A program made the translations under genes and the position numbers. Below, piece by piece: positions 53,106-54,058 of a stretch of 54,058 nt of DNA (the stretch's first letter is position 1; the number at the start of each line of letters is the position of its first letter). This stretch comes from Candidatus Pacearchaeota archaeon (GTDB lineage Archaea; Nanobdellota; Nanobdellia; Pacearchaeales; GW2011-AR1), in the NCBI GenBank assembly GCA_042218235.1, contig JBDGRI010000023.1, positions 1-54,058 of the forward strand, read 5' to 3'. Below the pieces are notes generated by a model. It had not been told where the DNA came from. It saw only the letters and a program-made list of their open reading frames with translations, and did no database searches.

Positions 53106-53666
53106 TTATTCTTGTTTTTTCTCTTCTCCGAGTGGTTTATTTTTGGTTTCTACTTTATAAATTGTACTTAGAGGGACATGAACTCTGTTGCAATGTGGAT
53201 ATGGTAGAAAAGTATAAGGGGCACTAAAAGAATTACTTTTTTTCTCAATCTCGTTCAAATGTTCCCACTCGGCTTGATTATTGGTCGTTATTGCCGCTAA
53301 ACCCTTTTCAGAATTAATTTGGGCATCGAAAACGTTATCTATAGATTGGTATGATAGTTTTTCTTCTTTTTGTGGATTTGCGTTATAACCAAATAGATTA
53401 AGGAATTTTTGTCCATTGGTTAAAGGCAGTTCTTCTTCGTATGAATTGACGAAAGTTATGCTATCTATGTTTTGAACTCTTTCTGATTGCAAGTATTCTT
53501 CCCAAAAATTTTTCGCTTCTATTGCTTGGTTTTCGCTTTTTGGTAAATTTTCTGTAAAGACAGCATAACCTTCCTCATCATTTCCTATTATTTTTGTTGG
53601 CAAACCGTGATTTTCCTGAATTTTGGCCATACTTTCTTTCATTGTTTCGTTTTTATCTTCAACCAT
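53106..53666 (-). CDS. hypothetical protein
   Basis: 186-aa ORF, 1 nt upstream of the TrmB-family regulator gene start. Confidence 0.45.
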   Translation of the reverse strand: MVEDKNETMKESMAKIQENHGLPTKIIGNDEEGYAVFTENLPKSENQAIEAKNFWEEYLQSERVQNIDSITFVNSYEEELPLTNGQKFLNLFGYNANPQKEEKLSYQSIDNVFDAQINSEKGLAAITTNNQAEWEHLNEIEKKSNSFSAPYTFLPYPHCNRVHVPLSTIYKVETKNKPLGEEKKQE

Positions 53667-53749
53667 TTTGTCTTTAAATTTGTTTATCTTGTTATTACTT
53701 GAAAATGATTATTTATAAATGTTTTGGTAATGTTGTGTTTTTTTGGTGG

Positions 53750-54058
53750 TTACAAAGAATTTAACAAGTCATCATATTTTTCGTAGGCGCCTCTTAGTTG
53801 ATCGTTTATGAAGTTCAAGTAGTTTTGTTTTGGCTTTCCTCCTCTGATGCTTTGCATGGTTTTTGCATGTTCAAGGATTTCTTTTGCTTCCGGGATTTGA
53901 TATACTTTTATTTCTGAATTATTGGCATTGTATTGGAGGTTCTTTACAATTGAATCATAGGCTCTTGACTCTTCTGCAGCATCATCGAAAAAATCTTTCA
54001 GGTCTGAAAAATAGATACTCCCTTCCAAATATTCTTCCCAGAGTCCATTTATTTCGTC
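53750..54058 (-). CDS. hypothetical protein, 5'-partial (runs off the window)
   Basis: The reading frame stays open upstream of the track start (reads DEINGLWEEYLEGSIYF...) to the window edge. Confidence 0.4.
   Translation of the reverse strand, partial: DEINGLWEEYLEGSIYFSDLKDFFDDAAEESRAYDSIVKNLQYNANNSEIKVYQIPEAKEILEHAKTMQSIRGGKPKQNYLNFINDQLRGAYEKYDDLLNSL

Overview
This is an AT-rich archaeal chromosome fragment, most consistent with a small-genome DPANN-type organism. Archaeal markers are diphthine synthase, archaeal-type D-aminoacyl-tRNA deacylase, four TrmB-family regulators, an initiator tRNA with an A1:U72 pair, an SRP (7S) RNA, and BRE/TATA-like boxes 22-30 nt upstream of many ATGs. 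Housekeeping genes (argS, ileS, prs, rnhB, an smc-like gene, photolyase, Nudix and ASCH proteins) are mixed with many lineage-specific hypothetical, membrane and lipoprotein ORFs. I support three tRNAs (Leu-UAA, Ser-GCU, iMet-CAU) and one SRP RNA. I found no rRNA, CRISPR array, cas gene, transposase or integrase. Five things stand out. (1) A tightly coupled minus-strand operon encodes a Ser/Gly-rich 96-aa ORF, a YcaO cyclodehydratase, a SagB-type dehydrogenase and an HExxH protease. It looks like an azol(in)e RiPP system, and no recognisable E1-like or TfuA partner is in the window. (2) A conserved promoter-like mini-element occurs three times, each time beside a stable-RNA gene and flanked by duplicated termini of that gene. 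(3) The SMC-type ATPase has a central CxxC zinc-hook-like motif where a hinge domain is expected. (4) Two SLT lytic-transglycosylase paralogs sit in this archaeal context. (5) Three genes are interrupted by a single in-frame stop codon. All product calls come from motif recognition by eye, because no searches could be run.
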